The notes beneath the pieces are model-generated. The model was not told the DNA's origin. It made no database searches and saw only the letters and a list, made by a program, of their open reading frames with translations. A stretch of DNA of 64,000 nt. Source: Haliotis rubra. Its lineage: Eukaryota. The position numbers were made by a program, and so were the translations under genes. Below, one piece after another: positions 21,801-33,588 of this stretch. The DNA is taken from assembly GCF_003918875.1 (NCBI RefSeq), contig NW_025767024.1, positions 3,348,001 through 3,412,000 of the forward strand, in the 5' to 3' direction. Every line of letters starts with the position of its first letter. The first letter of the stretch is position 1.

Positions 21801-23946
21801 AACATATCAAACGTGTGAAGAACCAGTATGCTGCGTTCAAGGACATGAAGAGTAACCTCAGTCATAGGCATGTATTGGTCCAAATGGACTTTGCTGAAAA
21901 TTATAGCTGCCAGAGTATGGATGAGATTCAGTCGGCGTACTGGAATCAGGAAATGGTAACGTTACATCCTGCTGTTATCTATTTCCGTGCTGCCACCGGA
22001 GAACTCCAGCACAGAAGTACAGTGTATGTCTCTGCCGTGCTCCATCACAATTTCCCAATGGTGTTTGCTATTATGAAAAGGATCATTACAGACGTGAAGA
22101 CCTTTTGCCCTGATGTTGAGCATATCCATTACTGGACTGATTCGCCTACGTCTCAATACCGAAACAGGAGTGCGTTTGACATCATTGCCCGTCACCAGAG
22201 TCTATTTGAATGTAGAGGGTCGTGGCAATATTTTGAAAGTGGCCACGGCAAGGGTGCCTGTGATGGCATTGGTGCAGCGAAACGAATGGCGGACACTGCT
22301 GTTAAAACACAAAAGTATAACATTCAAAGTGCATTTGAATTCTACCGATGGGCAAGTTCTACACCAAGCCAGATCTCCTACTTCTACATTGAGAAGGATG
22401 AGTTTGATCAAGCAGCTGTTGAAATTCAAGCACGCCAGAAACTTGTCAACCCTGTAAAGGGAACTATGAAAATCCATTCCGTCTCAAGTGTCACTGGTGT
22501 GCCTGAAGGTCAGTTGATGTCACGGGAGATGACATGCACGTGTTCAGAGTGCTTCGACATGGGAGGATTCAAAATCAGTCCAGTGTGTGCATGGAATATT
22601 CAAAACATCAACAAGGTTGGTAAGAAGCAGCAGGAGAGCACACATCATGAAGACCAGGAATCTGATCCACATCCTATTCCTGAGACAACTACCACTGAGA
22701 ACGAAGGTGTCATTGTTGATACAGAAGTACCCTCTCTTAGTACAACCATCAACGTTGATGCCTTTGTGTGTGCTCTCTGTATGAAGGAAAACCTTACATC
22801 GGCAAAGTGCTTGACATTGATGGCGAGGACAATGAAGTGCACATCACCTTCATGGAGCAAACATCAAAGGCAACACACAGCTACAAATGGCCAAAAAGTG
22901 CTGATGAAATATGGGTGGATCGAACCAGCATTCTCTATATACTGGAGGAAGATCCAGCTCCAACGAGCAAAAGCCGCAGAATGTTCAAGTTGTGCCCAAA
23001 TGATGCTGATGCTCTCCACCAGTGCACACAACGCAAATGAGTAACTTACGTTACGGATCTTTATTGTTCACAGATGTTACTGTTAGGGTTCCAGTTTCAT
23101 GTTCTGTTAATTGTTACATCTCTTGTTTGTTACAGTTGAATAATCTTACCTTTTAATTGTCATGTTCCCTCAGATATACAAAGAAGACAGAATATATCTG
23201 TAATTTACGAGACACTCTGAGGGTTGTTTGGAGACCATATTATAAGTTTTCATTTCTCCGGCCTTTAATCCATATTAATTTCATCATCAATTAATCTAAC
23301 TCAAGAGAGAATGTTAGACAAACATGATCAATGATTTATGTTGTTGCAACATAAGGTTGATTAAAGAGGATAATGTTTGGGTAAGTCTGTAATATACGTC
23401 ACGCTGTGGAAATGTAAGATGGTAAAGATGTTTAACAGCCAAAACCAAAACAACGTCATTCCCATTGTGTGTGATTCCGTGGCGTTTTCGTAAAGGGAAC
23501 GTTTTGTTTTGAAGTTTCTGGTTTAAATCTAATATGTAATGTAAATGTGGTATGTGTGGTTCCGTCATTTCTGGATTCTGAATAGGTATCATGTGGCCTC
23601 AACAGTGTGAAATACGCATTACTGAGTAAACATTCTTTTTGGTTTTCATATGAATAAATTATTTCCTTATTCGATTTTGAATCAAAACAAGAACAAAAGA
23701 GTTCATTTTCTATTGGTTTATGTTGATACTTCTTGTTACCCATGAACGTAAATTACGTGGGTATTTACGGGTACCCTACTTCAAAGTAGTGCTACAAGTT
23801 TAATACTGTTCACCGAGTGTTGAAAAAGTATAAAATGTTCGTTCACAAGTTGTAGTTCTGGAAAATAAACATATTTCTTGGACTGATGTAGTTTTGTTTT
23901 TCTTTACTATCATCTCTAAATTGTGCAGTTTCGTTGAGAAAGAGTG
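18869..23946 (+). mobile_element. 5078-bp DNA transposon, Sola2-like transposase, CAC..GTG termini, 4-bp TSD
   Basis: 28-bp imperfect TIRs (23/28): CACTCATTCTCAATTAAAGTGCACATTT vs reverse complement of 23919-23946; ACAG on both flanks. Confidence 0.85.
20453..23040 (+). pseudogene. Frameshifted DDD-type transposase (Sola2-like) with C-terminal Tudor-like domain
   Basis: MAKTQAERQRDYRERKK start; motifs DFAENY..DEIQSAYW, WTDSPTSQYRN, FESGHGKGACDG, CTCSEC; about 5 frameshifts near 20557, 21387, 21665, 21752 and 22775. Confidence 0.85.
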
Positions 23947-23949
23947 ACA

Positions 23950-24110
23950 GGCGGTGGGGTAGAGTAGTGGTTAAAGCGTTCGATCATCACGCCGAAGACA
24001 CGGGTTCGATTCTCCACATGGTTACAATGTATGAAACTCATTTCTGGTGTCCCCCGTCGTGATATTGCTGGAATATTGCTAAATCGGCGTAAAACCATAG
24101 TCACTCACTC
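23950..24110 (+). mobile_element. SINE family A abutting the transposon right TSD
   Basis: Consensus match. Confidence 0.9.
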
Positions 24111-24437
24111 ATACATGTTTGAAACGTCCCTTGTGCCGAGTCTTTTGTTCTGTTTGCGCTAGATTTGCCATTGAATTATTTCCTGAGGGTCAGTTCATCC
24201 AGACAGTAAGTGAAACTAAAATTTGGATAAGTTCCCTAGGTATGGTTAATGGTAACGTATTGATGCTTTGAAAATATGGGCTGTTGCGAGACTTTCCTCC
24301 ACGTGTATATCATTCTCAGATGATTGATTTGAAAACTGAAACATCACAATTACCATGACATCTTCGAGTCAAATACACAAAGGTCCAAATGCACTAGTAT
24401 GACGTTCTATATTCATTCCATACCTTCATGACACAGA

Positions 24438-24850
24438 AACCTGTGAAGATCCGGGTTAAAATCGGTCTTCAGCAACCAAGGCTTGTCGTAAGATCGGATC
24501 GGATGGTCAGGCTCGTTGACTTGTTCAACACATGTCATCGTATCCCGGGTTAGAATAGATCTTCAGCAACCCATGCTTGTCGTAAGATCGGATCGGATGG
24601 TCAGGCTCGTTGACTTCAGTCATCGTATCGGGTTAGACTTGTCTTAAGAACCCATGCTTGTCGTAAGATCGGATTGGGTGGTCAGGTTCGTTGACTTGTT
24701 CAACACATGTCATCGTATCCCAATTGCGTAGGTCGATGCTCATGATGTTGATCACTGGGTTGTTTGGTCCAGACTCGATTATTTTTTGACCGCCGTCATA
24801 TAGCTGGAATATTGCTGAGTGCGGCGTAAAACAACAACCAAACCGAACCA
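24438..24850 (+). mobile_element. SINE-like family C with its 5' region reiterated three times
   Basis: Three successive GGGTTA...GCTTGTCGTAAGATCGGAT..GGTCAGG units followed by the normal tail. Confidence 0.85.
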
Positions 24851-25060
24851 ATCTTAGACAGCATGTTATCTTGCCAATACTTCTGTTTTGTTGTCAGCAC
24901 ATGACACAGACCATTTTAATCTGAATTCAAACGCCACTATTGAAACCTCCGCATTGAGGTTACCGTGACCACACACACGCACGCACCCACACTCGCACGG
25001 ATGCACGCACACGACTGTGTTTAAACCAATGTTTTGAGAGTGCCAACTATTAAGGACTTG

Positions 25061-25297
25061 AAGAATAATGACTATTATTATGATTATACAACTTCTTTTA
25101 TTCTGTGGAGGCGACGTTTCGACATCGATTCTTATGTCGTTGTCAAGCAAGTGAAAACGACAACGAAGTGACAACGACAACGACTTTAGAATCTATGTCG
25201 AAACGTCGCCTCCACAGAATAAAAGAAGTTGTATATCCATAATAATTGTCATTATTCTTCATCAACTCAACTTCTAAAATGCCCATCAAAGAAGTCA
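25061..25297. mobile_element. Penelope-like inverted terminal remnant
   Basis: ~85-bp inverted arms with GACGTTTCGAC/GTCGAAACGTC and AATAAAAGAAG; flanking duplication TATTAAGGACTTG. Confidence 0.65.
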
Positions 25298-25971
25298 TAT
25301 TAAGGACTTGCCTATATGGTCAAACTCACAATCACTCATGACCACACATTCACCATTCACTGCCTTATAACGAATTATAACTTAACCGTTATAACGCCCT
25401 CTCACGTCGGAAGAAAACAAACGTGCTTACCCAGCATATGGGCTCTGACAGGGCTCTGAAAGCGTCAACTGGGTTAAGATTATGTTAACGTTTGCGTTAA
25501 ATAATTAAAATGCCTCGAAATTGAAGATTATGATACCAATCGATTGGAAAAAAGACAAGAGCAATGATGCAGAGGTTGTTATTAAAGGAAACAATATCTA
25601 TAGATGATCGATATAATACATAAATAGTTCAGCGGATATATATCATGTGGCATGATATATATATCTATATCTCTCTATATATATCTATCTACTAGTATAT
25701 ATATATCTATATATATCTCTATATACGAGTATAGTCAACACGTAAGTTCAGTTTACGAATGACATTATCGCCATGTCAAAATTTTACAATAATCATATCG
25801 TATTTTTGTGTGTTTATTACAGATGCCAGTTTGGTTCTCTTTTTATATAATTTCCATAAAATATTTGGTTTAATTTTCTATTTTCTACAACTTACATTTT
25901 ATATAACTAAATCAAATTCATTTGTAATATGCTCTTTTTACTTCTGTATGGATATCATGTGTTTTGTTACA

Positions 25972-26136
25972 TATACTGAGTGAAACAAATAAGGGAACAC
26001 CACTTCATGGCAGAGGTCCATTATTTATTCTCAGATTTCCCCCCACTGCGCTATTCAAAGCTAGTGATGAAAACTGGAAAATATTAAATGAACGCTTGAA
26101 TTTTCCTGTGTTCCTTTATTTGTTTCTCTCAGTATA
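25972..26136. mobile_element. Tc1/mariner-type MITE
   Basis: TATACTGAG.GAAACAAATAAGGGAACAC TIRs with TA flanks. Confidence 0.75.
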
Positions 26137-26855
26137 TACTGATATATCGTGCATTTAATCATCTAACATATAATTAATATTATCTTATTTAATACCCACA
26201 CCCCACACCGTTCATCAGTGAACGTTAAAGCCATATTTGGGCATTGCTCAACGTGCGCAGTGACTCTACATGCACGTCACAACATGGCTACAATAGGTGT
26301 GTTACCTTCATTGACTCTGTTATACTTGAAGTAAAAGTAAACACTTACTATAATGAATGGCAACTACTGTAAAGATAATCGTAGGCACTTGACCGCTGGG
26401 TCAGTGGTACGCCCGCTTCCCTCCCCCACCACCTCTCTCCACACACGGGCGTGAACTAAACGTCTAGCCTCCCTCTGTTGATAACGGGCTTGCAGGTCAC
26501 GATGACCTGTCATCCACAGTGACGTATTGCAGACAAGTGCGTGGTAGCCGCACTTGACCACAGGAATGTCACAATGACCCCTTCATATCTTCTCAGGGGT
26601 GTACGCTGCTATGTCCGTGTAACATACACACGTGACTGTATTCGGGAATCTATTTTCTACAAATGTGTACCTGCATGAATATATGTTTGTCTGAACCTCG
26701 ATAACTTTTCACTTATATTTTTCTGATGCTGATTTCCTATGAAATATAGCTGGATGGATATGCATTTTCTAATAATCGGGACTAATTATATATAATATAT
26801 AATTATATGCAGATATGCAAACCAATCGAACAGGACCACTCTCGGTCTTTGGCAA

Positions 26856-27095
26856 GAGTGAGTGAGTTTAGTTTTACGCCACACCCAGCAATATTCCAGC
26901 TGTATGGCGGCGGTCTGTAAATAATCGAGTCTGGACCAGACAATCCAGTGATCAACAGCATGAGCATCGATCTGCGGAATTGGGAACCGATGACATGTGT
27001 CAACCAAGTCAGCGAGCCTGACCACCCGATCCCGTTAGTCGCCTCTTACGACAAGCATGAGTTACTGAAGATCAATATTCTAACCCGGACCTTCA
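26856..27095 (-). mobile_element. SINE-like family C
   Basis: Near full-length consensus match. Confidence 0.9.
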
Positions 27096-27269
27096 AGTGC
27101 CCCTTTGACAAGAGATATGTTGTGTTGAACAAATTACGAACTTTTTTGAACGATGAATACACACAGTTTGACTCTATTCATCCGGAATTCACATTTCACT
27201 GTGTACTGAGGCCGAAGAGATTGTTTGTTGTTTTACGCCGCACTCAGCAATACCCCGGCCATATGAATG

Positions 27270-27388
27270 GGTGAGTGAGTGAGTGAGTGAGTTGGGTTTT
27301 ACGCCGCTTTTAGCAATATTCCAGCAACACCACGGCGGGGGACACCAGAAATGGGCTTCACACACTGTACTCATGTGGGTAATCGAAT
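27270..27388 (-). mobile_element. SINE family A, 5'-truncated
   Basis: Consensus match. Confidence 0.85.
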
Positions 27389-28634
27389 GGCAAAACTTCG
27401 ATAAGAGCTGATAATCCAGACTGGTTTTCTATAAAAGTCTTTCAACGTCACTTACAAGTTTAGACGGCGAGAGTTTATTATATATATATATATATATTGG
27501 ATGTCGCAACGAATTTGTTTAGTCTCTTTTTACATGACGAGAGAGTCTCTTGAAAGGCTGGCAATATGATTTTAAGCAAGCTTCATTCAGTTTTGAACTG
27601 CCGTTAACCCCAACTATTTTGACCTCTGCTTCACGAGTCGATGTTAGCCTGTTATTTTAATTCCAGAAATAATTCATCTTATTTAAAAAAAACATATCTA
27701 CAAAACAAATGCACGTGGAGCAAAGAACAATCCTCAATTTCTGGCCTACAGCGGAGACAATTTAGACATGTCAAATCATTCTAGACTTGAGTAGGCCTCT
27801 CTCTTTATAGAATGCTCTAGAGTCTGGGAGTAGACTTACATTTAGTATCTGAAATGAACATATTTTACAGAAAAAAACAGTTCCTAAATTATAACATAAA
27901 ATATAATGAAAAGGAGCCCAGAGACTTTGTTCATTTTCCGAAACTGTGGAAATCTAGACTTGTCATATCCTAGACTTTCATGGGCTTTCTTGGGTATATT
28001 TGTCTGAGGGTCTCTGGTATGACTGACTAGTCTGGGAGATTAGAGTCAATGTTTGTAGGGATAGAACAAAACAGTTTGACTTTTCTGTACTTTCCAATTT
28101 ATAAAAAGTACAGAATATTGGTCAAACCAGCTTTGGTCAAACGTGTGAAAACGCCTATATTTACACGTTGCAAATGAACAAGAAACCATATACGATGAAT
28201 GCACACATGATACATTATGAAATATTGCATGAAAGCCAAACACTCATCCGAAGACAGGTCATTCAAAGGGAAAGGTAATATCTGTTTAATGTCTCATTCA
28301 CCAAACCATTACTACAACGTTTACTATCACTTGACTTCAATCGGCACAGTTAACCCTAGGTGGGCTGAATGTTGCCAGACTCCCCGCAGTTGACCAGGTT
28401 CACTTACCCTTAATCTAACGTAACGCGGGTTGGCGTTAATAACGCATCACTGACGTTGCCTTATACGGTCAGGAGAAGTGTTGTATAAGACCTTAAGACA
28501 ACATTACGTCACGTTTGTTGTATCGTATGTTGATAGTTTGGTGATGTATTTAATCTTTATCTAAATGTGTTTATATTCATTCAGTCTTTTGCCCGGCGAA
28601 CCCAGTGAGCACGAAGCAGTGCTTACTTTTTATA

Positions 28635-28787
28635 TATACTGAGAGAAACAAATAAAGGATCACAATAAAATTCAAGCGTTCCTTTGATATTTTCCATCAT
28701 CAGCTTTGAATAACGCTGTGGTGATAAAAACAATAATATAGGAACGTTGAATTTCCCTGTGATCCTTTGTTTGTTTCTCTCAGTATA
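28635..28787. mobile_element. Tc1/mariner-type MITE (same family as 25972)
   Basis: TATACTGAGAGAAACAAATAAAGGATCACA TIRs. Confidence 0.75.
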
Positions 28788-30257
28788 TTATACATATGTA
28801 AACAAGACACTATGTTTATTATCATTATTATGATGAAGATTGATACCATTGATAATAAGGATCATGCCCTCTTCAGAATGACTATGGGACTAAGATGACG
28901 TAATTAGATACACAAGAGTGACGTCACACGAGATTGAATGTCTGTGCTTATCGGGAAACACATTGTGATGCAGCTGTTAGTGAATGAATTACGTCTTGGG
29001 TAATTGCTTTATGACTCATCGATCGATTACCAACCATTATCCGAAATAATTATGCCCGTTGTTCTCTTGAAATGCTTTTTTACTAAAATAATCGTTTACA
29101 CATTTTGTAGAATAATTCAACAAACGCTACAACACGTGTGATTTATTTCCAAACCCAATCAAATGTCTCGTTTTAAAGTCTCTTTGGGTGAAATCTGCTT
29201 CTTTGTCATACATCATGTTGTGAACTGGATACCAAGAGAAACCTGAGTTTAAAGATTCATCCCAAATCCCCAACTCATAGAACACACACGCACATATACC
29301 CATACATGTCTATGGTAGATCGCGCCCGAGGGGCAGAGTGCTCCCCGAACCGTGAACAATCTCAACATCAAGTAAAGATGGCGTTTCTGTGTCATGTGAT
29401 ATTGTTTTATCGTCTGCTTCTCATATTACCTTGGCGCTCTATTCTTGGTCGGTGCATTCGCAGCAGGAGCTTCTGAGTATTGGTGCTTACAAATTTGGGA
29501 TACTTCCAACTGCGTGCAATGCCGGTAGGTCACGTGACGAAACGGCGTTGTCATATTCTACAGGACTACAACTTTGAAACAGTTGACATTCTATTGTACG
29601 GAAGTTAGAAAGTGAATAAATAAATTTAGCACTGGTTGTTCACAGAGGCAGGGTTGTTCCCCTCCCTCTGATCATGTTTCAGGAGTGAAACAGGCCGTTC
29701 ACGCACGCTGTCTCGAGCAGACGAGAGTTGGAGCAACAGAAGTTCGTAGCAGACGATATCGGGTCGCGTCTTTCAAGTGTGACTCAGGGAGTGCAACGCT
29801 CGTCCTTTCAAGCGAGCTGTTGTGTATTTTGTACCTGTGGCTGATTGGCCGCTCAACGCTGAAGGTGGGTCGAAACAAGCTGACCTGGATAGCGGCTTAC
29901 TCTGAGTTGTGGGAGCGATATAGTTATGAATACTTTGTGAACAGGCTGGGACGGTTATGAATGCATGCTTGTTCGCCATCTACTGTTGTTCGGCGAGGTA
30001 GGAAGGTCGCCTCACCCACCGCCTGTTTCTGAAAGGACGACACACGACAGTGTGTGAACGCAGGAAACGTTTGAGGAGTGTTTCATCGCAACAGTAGGTG
30101 TCTGTGGGTTAGATACATCGTCGGCATTTAGGAACAGGACCTGATGCGAGTCGTATGACAACTGTGTTTCTGAAGCTATCCCAAGCCAAGTTCCCATGTT
30201 TGGATATTAACTACATGTGCTAATAGAGGCTGCGTTTGTAGCAGACGACAAGGGACG

Positions 30258-30984
30258 ATGACACGGGAGGCTCCTCTCTCGTGTGTTGTTGTGATTCTCC
30301 TTTCCGTAATAGCTTGCTCGGAGGCTTTGACATTCGGTGGAGACATAACAACATATGCCAAATTTCCCAAATGGAATGCCTGCATCAACTCTTCTCTGAA
30401 ATTCGAGTTCAAGACCAGAAAGGAAGACGGCCTGTTGATGTATACAGATGATAACGGTCGTTACGACTTCTTCCAACTTGCCCTGAAAGGAGGACAGGTA
30501 AGATTATGGATGAACGTGGTTGACGAAAAGGATGGCGTGGTGCAGCTCGTGGTGGGCAAGAACCTCAACGACGGCAGGTGGCATAACGTTGAGGTGAAGA
30601 GGAACAGAATGAACACCACTCTGTTTGTGGACAGCTATCAGAGTAGCATGATGTCCTTCGGATCTGATTTCCAGTTTGGAGATCTTTACGAAAACAACTA
30701 CGTCTTCTTTGGTGGCATCCCTGAAGGATACGAGGATAATCTGAAAGGATTGGCCCTCCCATCGTCCATGTTCGAATCTCGATTCAAAGGAGAGATTCGG
30801 AATATCCTTTACTTCAACTGCACATGTATACCTGTACGTGCGGAAATGATTGACAGTACGAACGTGTCCCGGATACCCAGGGAAGCCTGCGAGAAGACCA
30901 ACAACTGTCCAAGCCACTGTGCTTGTATCAGTTTAGATGAAGGCCCCGGGTGTGAATGCTTTGAAACTCGACAATGTGCAGACC
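30258..30984 (+). CDS. NRXN: Alpha-neurexin first coding exon, copy A (signal peptide, LNS1/LamG, EGF1)
   Basis: YAKFPKWNAC..SLKFEFKT...GLLMYTDDNGRYDFF..., LNDGRWH, LALPSSMFESRFKGEIRN, CISLDEGPGCEC closely match invertebrate neurexin-1 LNS1-EGF1; phase-1 donor C|gtaagt. Confidence 0.9.
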
Positions 30985-31779
30985 GTAAGTCAATACACGT
31001 TTGTTTGTTCTAATTCATATACTCTTACTAACATATTTGGAGCTGGCCAGCCGTGATATTGCTGGAATATTGCTAAAAGCGGCGTAAAACCAGACTCATT
31101 CACTGGGACTGGTCATTTGTTATAATTTATAACTAATATTTGAAAATAGTAGAACTACGTCAGTTTTCATGTCCCTATGTTTGGGTACATTTTGGCGACC
31201 ACCCCACGTCATGCAGTTATTTTTGTAACCCTTTAATCACCCTTTCCCTTGATACATAAATGACCAGTCCATTGTGTGTGCACCTACACACATACATACC
31301 GACATTAATACCTGCGAAAATACATATGTCAAATGTTGCATGGTGTATTCGTACAGCTTACAGAAACCAATAACATCAACACAAAGGATTAACCTAAATT
31401 CATAATTTGTCCGGATAATCCTCGGTCACATATGTACAACTTGCGCAGATTTATGACACGATCCATAATAATCTTCATCCAGCAAGCTACCCCGTGCCCT
31501 CTCCAAGGCACCATGGACATGTACTCTGTTATGTTGGGTTCAAGGACTTGATACCCGCACACTTGTACTCTTCAAAAACACAAATAACATTATCCGCACA
31601 AACGTCCAACCGTTATGCACATCCTTACCCCATCAACAGATAACCCTTCTGATATCTCCAGCAGCAACACGATATAAATAATCAGAACATGTGGTTTATG
31701 TATTTGCACCAGTGCAATGCGACCAAATAACCACCTTCAAAGATGGTAGTCAATCTTCAAGCACATTCTAATGCAAGTA

Positions 31780-31780
31780 T

Positions 31781-31812
<32 letters not shown>

Positions 31813-31830
31813 ACACACACACACACCGCA
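31780..31830. repeat. (CA)n microsatellite
   Basis: Direct reading. Confidence 0.9.
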
Positions 31831-33332
31831 CACAATCATAAATGTCACACATCACAAACACACATCTTTCGCCACACATGCATTTTTGTATCACACTTCT
31901 AAATGCCATTGAAAGACACATGTACACAAATTACTGTTGAAAACTGTACCACTTATTAACACAGTAAATGATGTTCAAACACAAAACGTGAATCACCAAA
32001 ATTACAAATATTACACAAATAATTGGTTTATACAATAATAGTCTATACATGTCACCACGAGTGGTATAACGTAACCTAATATTCCTAGCACAAGGACATA
32101 TGTTCACACATACGTTGACTATTTCAAGCTTATATCAGCAGCACAGCTGGTGAGAGATAATGTTATATCGGATCATGCAGTGAATATGGTCATGCAACTC
32201 AGCAAGTACGCTCGTTCATAACAAGACAGGTTCGTGGGCAATCCGTAACAAACACTCGTAGTGGCGTGAGGTATATATATCCGGATGCAAGATAACAACA
32301 TAAGACGCTGATCTGAGCAAATCACCAGACCTACCCAGTTTTGTTACATCCTTGTGGTAGTGTAGTGTGTGTTCTTCACGTAATCTGTTCTATCTAGGGA
32401 CCGACTAATTCTTGATCTATTGGACAGATGCTCTGGTAATACGTTGTTGAAGAGAGTAGAGCTTCTGGTGGTAAAATCAGTCATTTACATTTGCAGAAAT
32501 AATTCGGATAATAATTATGTATTTGGATTTAAAGATTTCGCATTAAATTTCATTTGGACAAACTAAAATAAGGTATAGAGACAATGACTTATTTCTAAAG
32601 TTTGCATTTTAATCTCTCACGTTTAATATTACACCACTCTTTGTATGTCCGTTTAGGGTATTTCCCCTATGACCCTTTTGTAATACCTTATTACCCCATT
32701 GTAATATCATGGCGTTTATGGTCAATCTATCAACTGAGGAGCAATTGATCCATCACATCAACAAAACACGGCCATCAGTTTTCGGTCAACAGATTGTTTA
32801 CAAACTAATATTCCATTTCAACAACGACACACCTCATCAAATAGTTAAAATATGCACTGGGCTATGTCAGTTACAAGTCAAGTACAAGGCCATGTGATTG
32901 TAATTGATCGATCACGCACCTGACCTGAAACAGGACCAACACCCCATTGCCCTACCATCTGCTTCAACTCACAGGCTCCTGCATTGGGCAGGTTGGTCAA
33001 GTTGGATTTGTTTGAATAAATATTGACCCCTCCTGGCCTACTGTAACTAGAGTGCTACTTCAACATCAGATCCATCCGCCTTCAACACATCACTTATCAA
33101 TTACAGGTACACGAGTACATCCAATTGAGCAGGAGTTGTTTTGAGTCCGTGGGATGTTGTGGAATCACGTTTTATCGTAAACATCATCACAAAGTTTGTA
33201 GGTTTTGTTTGCGGGACACGTTGGGAATCATGTAAGCTGTTTTAAAATACCAGTGATCTTACATTATAATAACGATGATCCTACACTTGTGTAGAAAAGG
33301 GTGGTTAGTGCCCATCATAACAAGAATATAAC

Positions 33333-33588
33333 AAAATAAGGAAGCGAGTTTTTGTGGATGTCAACTTCTTTATTATGAGGAACACAACGTTTCAGAATAT
33401 ATGCAGACTCCTTCGTCATTCACCTGATGGATAAGGATAAGGATAAGGATAAGGATAAGGATATCCTCCGAAACGTTGTGTTTCTCATAATAAAAAACTT
33501 CCTTAAGTGGCATTCATAATAAAGAAGTTGACATTAAAAAAAACCTCGCTACCTTATGTGTATCATTTCTAAATGCCATTCAAAGACC
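33333..33588. mobile_element. Penelope-like inverted terminal remnant with degenerate hammerhead-like cores
   Basis: Inverted arms; CTGATG...CCGAAACGTT on + and TGACGAAGGAG...TTCTGAAACGTT on -; tail TTCTAAATGCCATTCAAAGA. Confidence 0.65.

Noticed and set aside
20679-22860. Minus-strand ORFs over the transposase
   Set aside because: Antisense shadows of the coding strand
18869-23946. Classifying the element as Chapaev or Transib from its CAC ends
   Set aside because: The protein motifs (DFAENY, HGKG.CDG) do not resemble those transposases, and the TSD is 4 bp rather than the 5 bp of Transib
30985-31013. ORF-track C-terminal tails of the neurexin ORFs (RKSIHVCLF; also MLFWH at 48097-48116) as ends of secreted single-exon proteins
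   Set aside because: They follow strong GT donors at equivalent positions and are most simply intron read-through, though intron-retained secreted forms cannot be excluded
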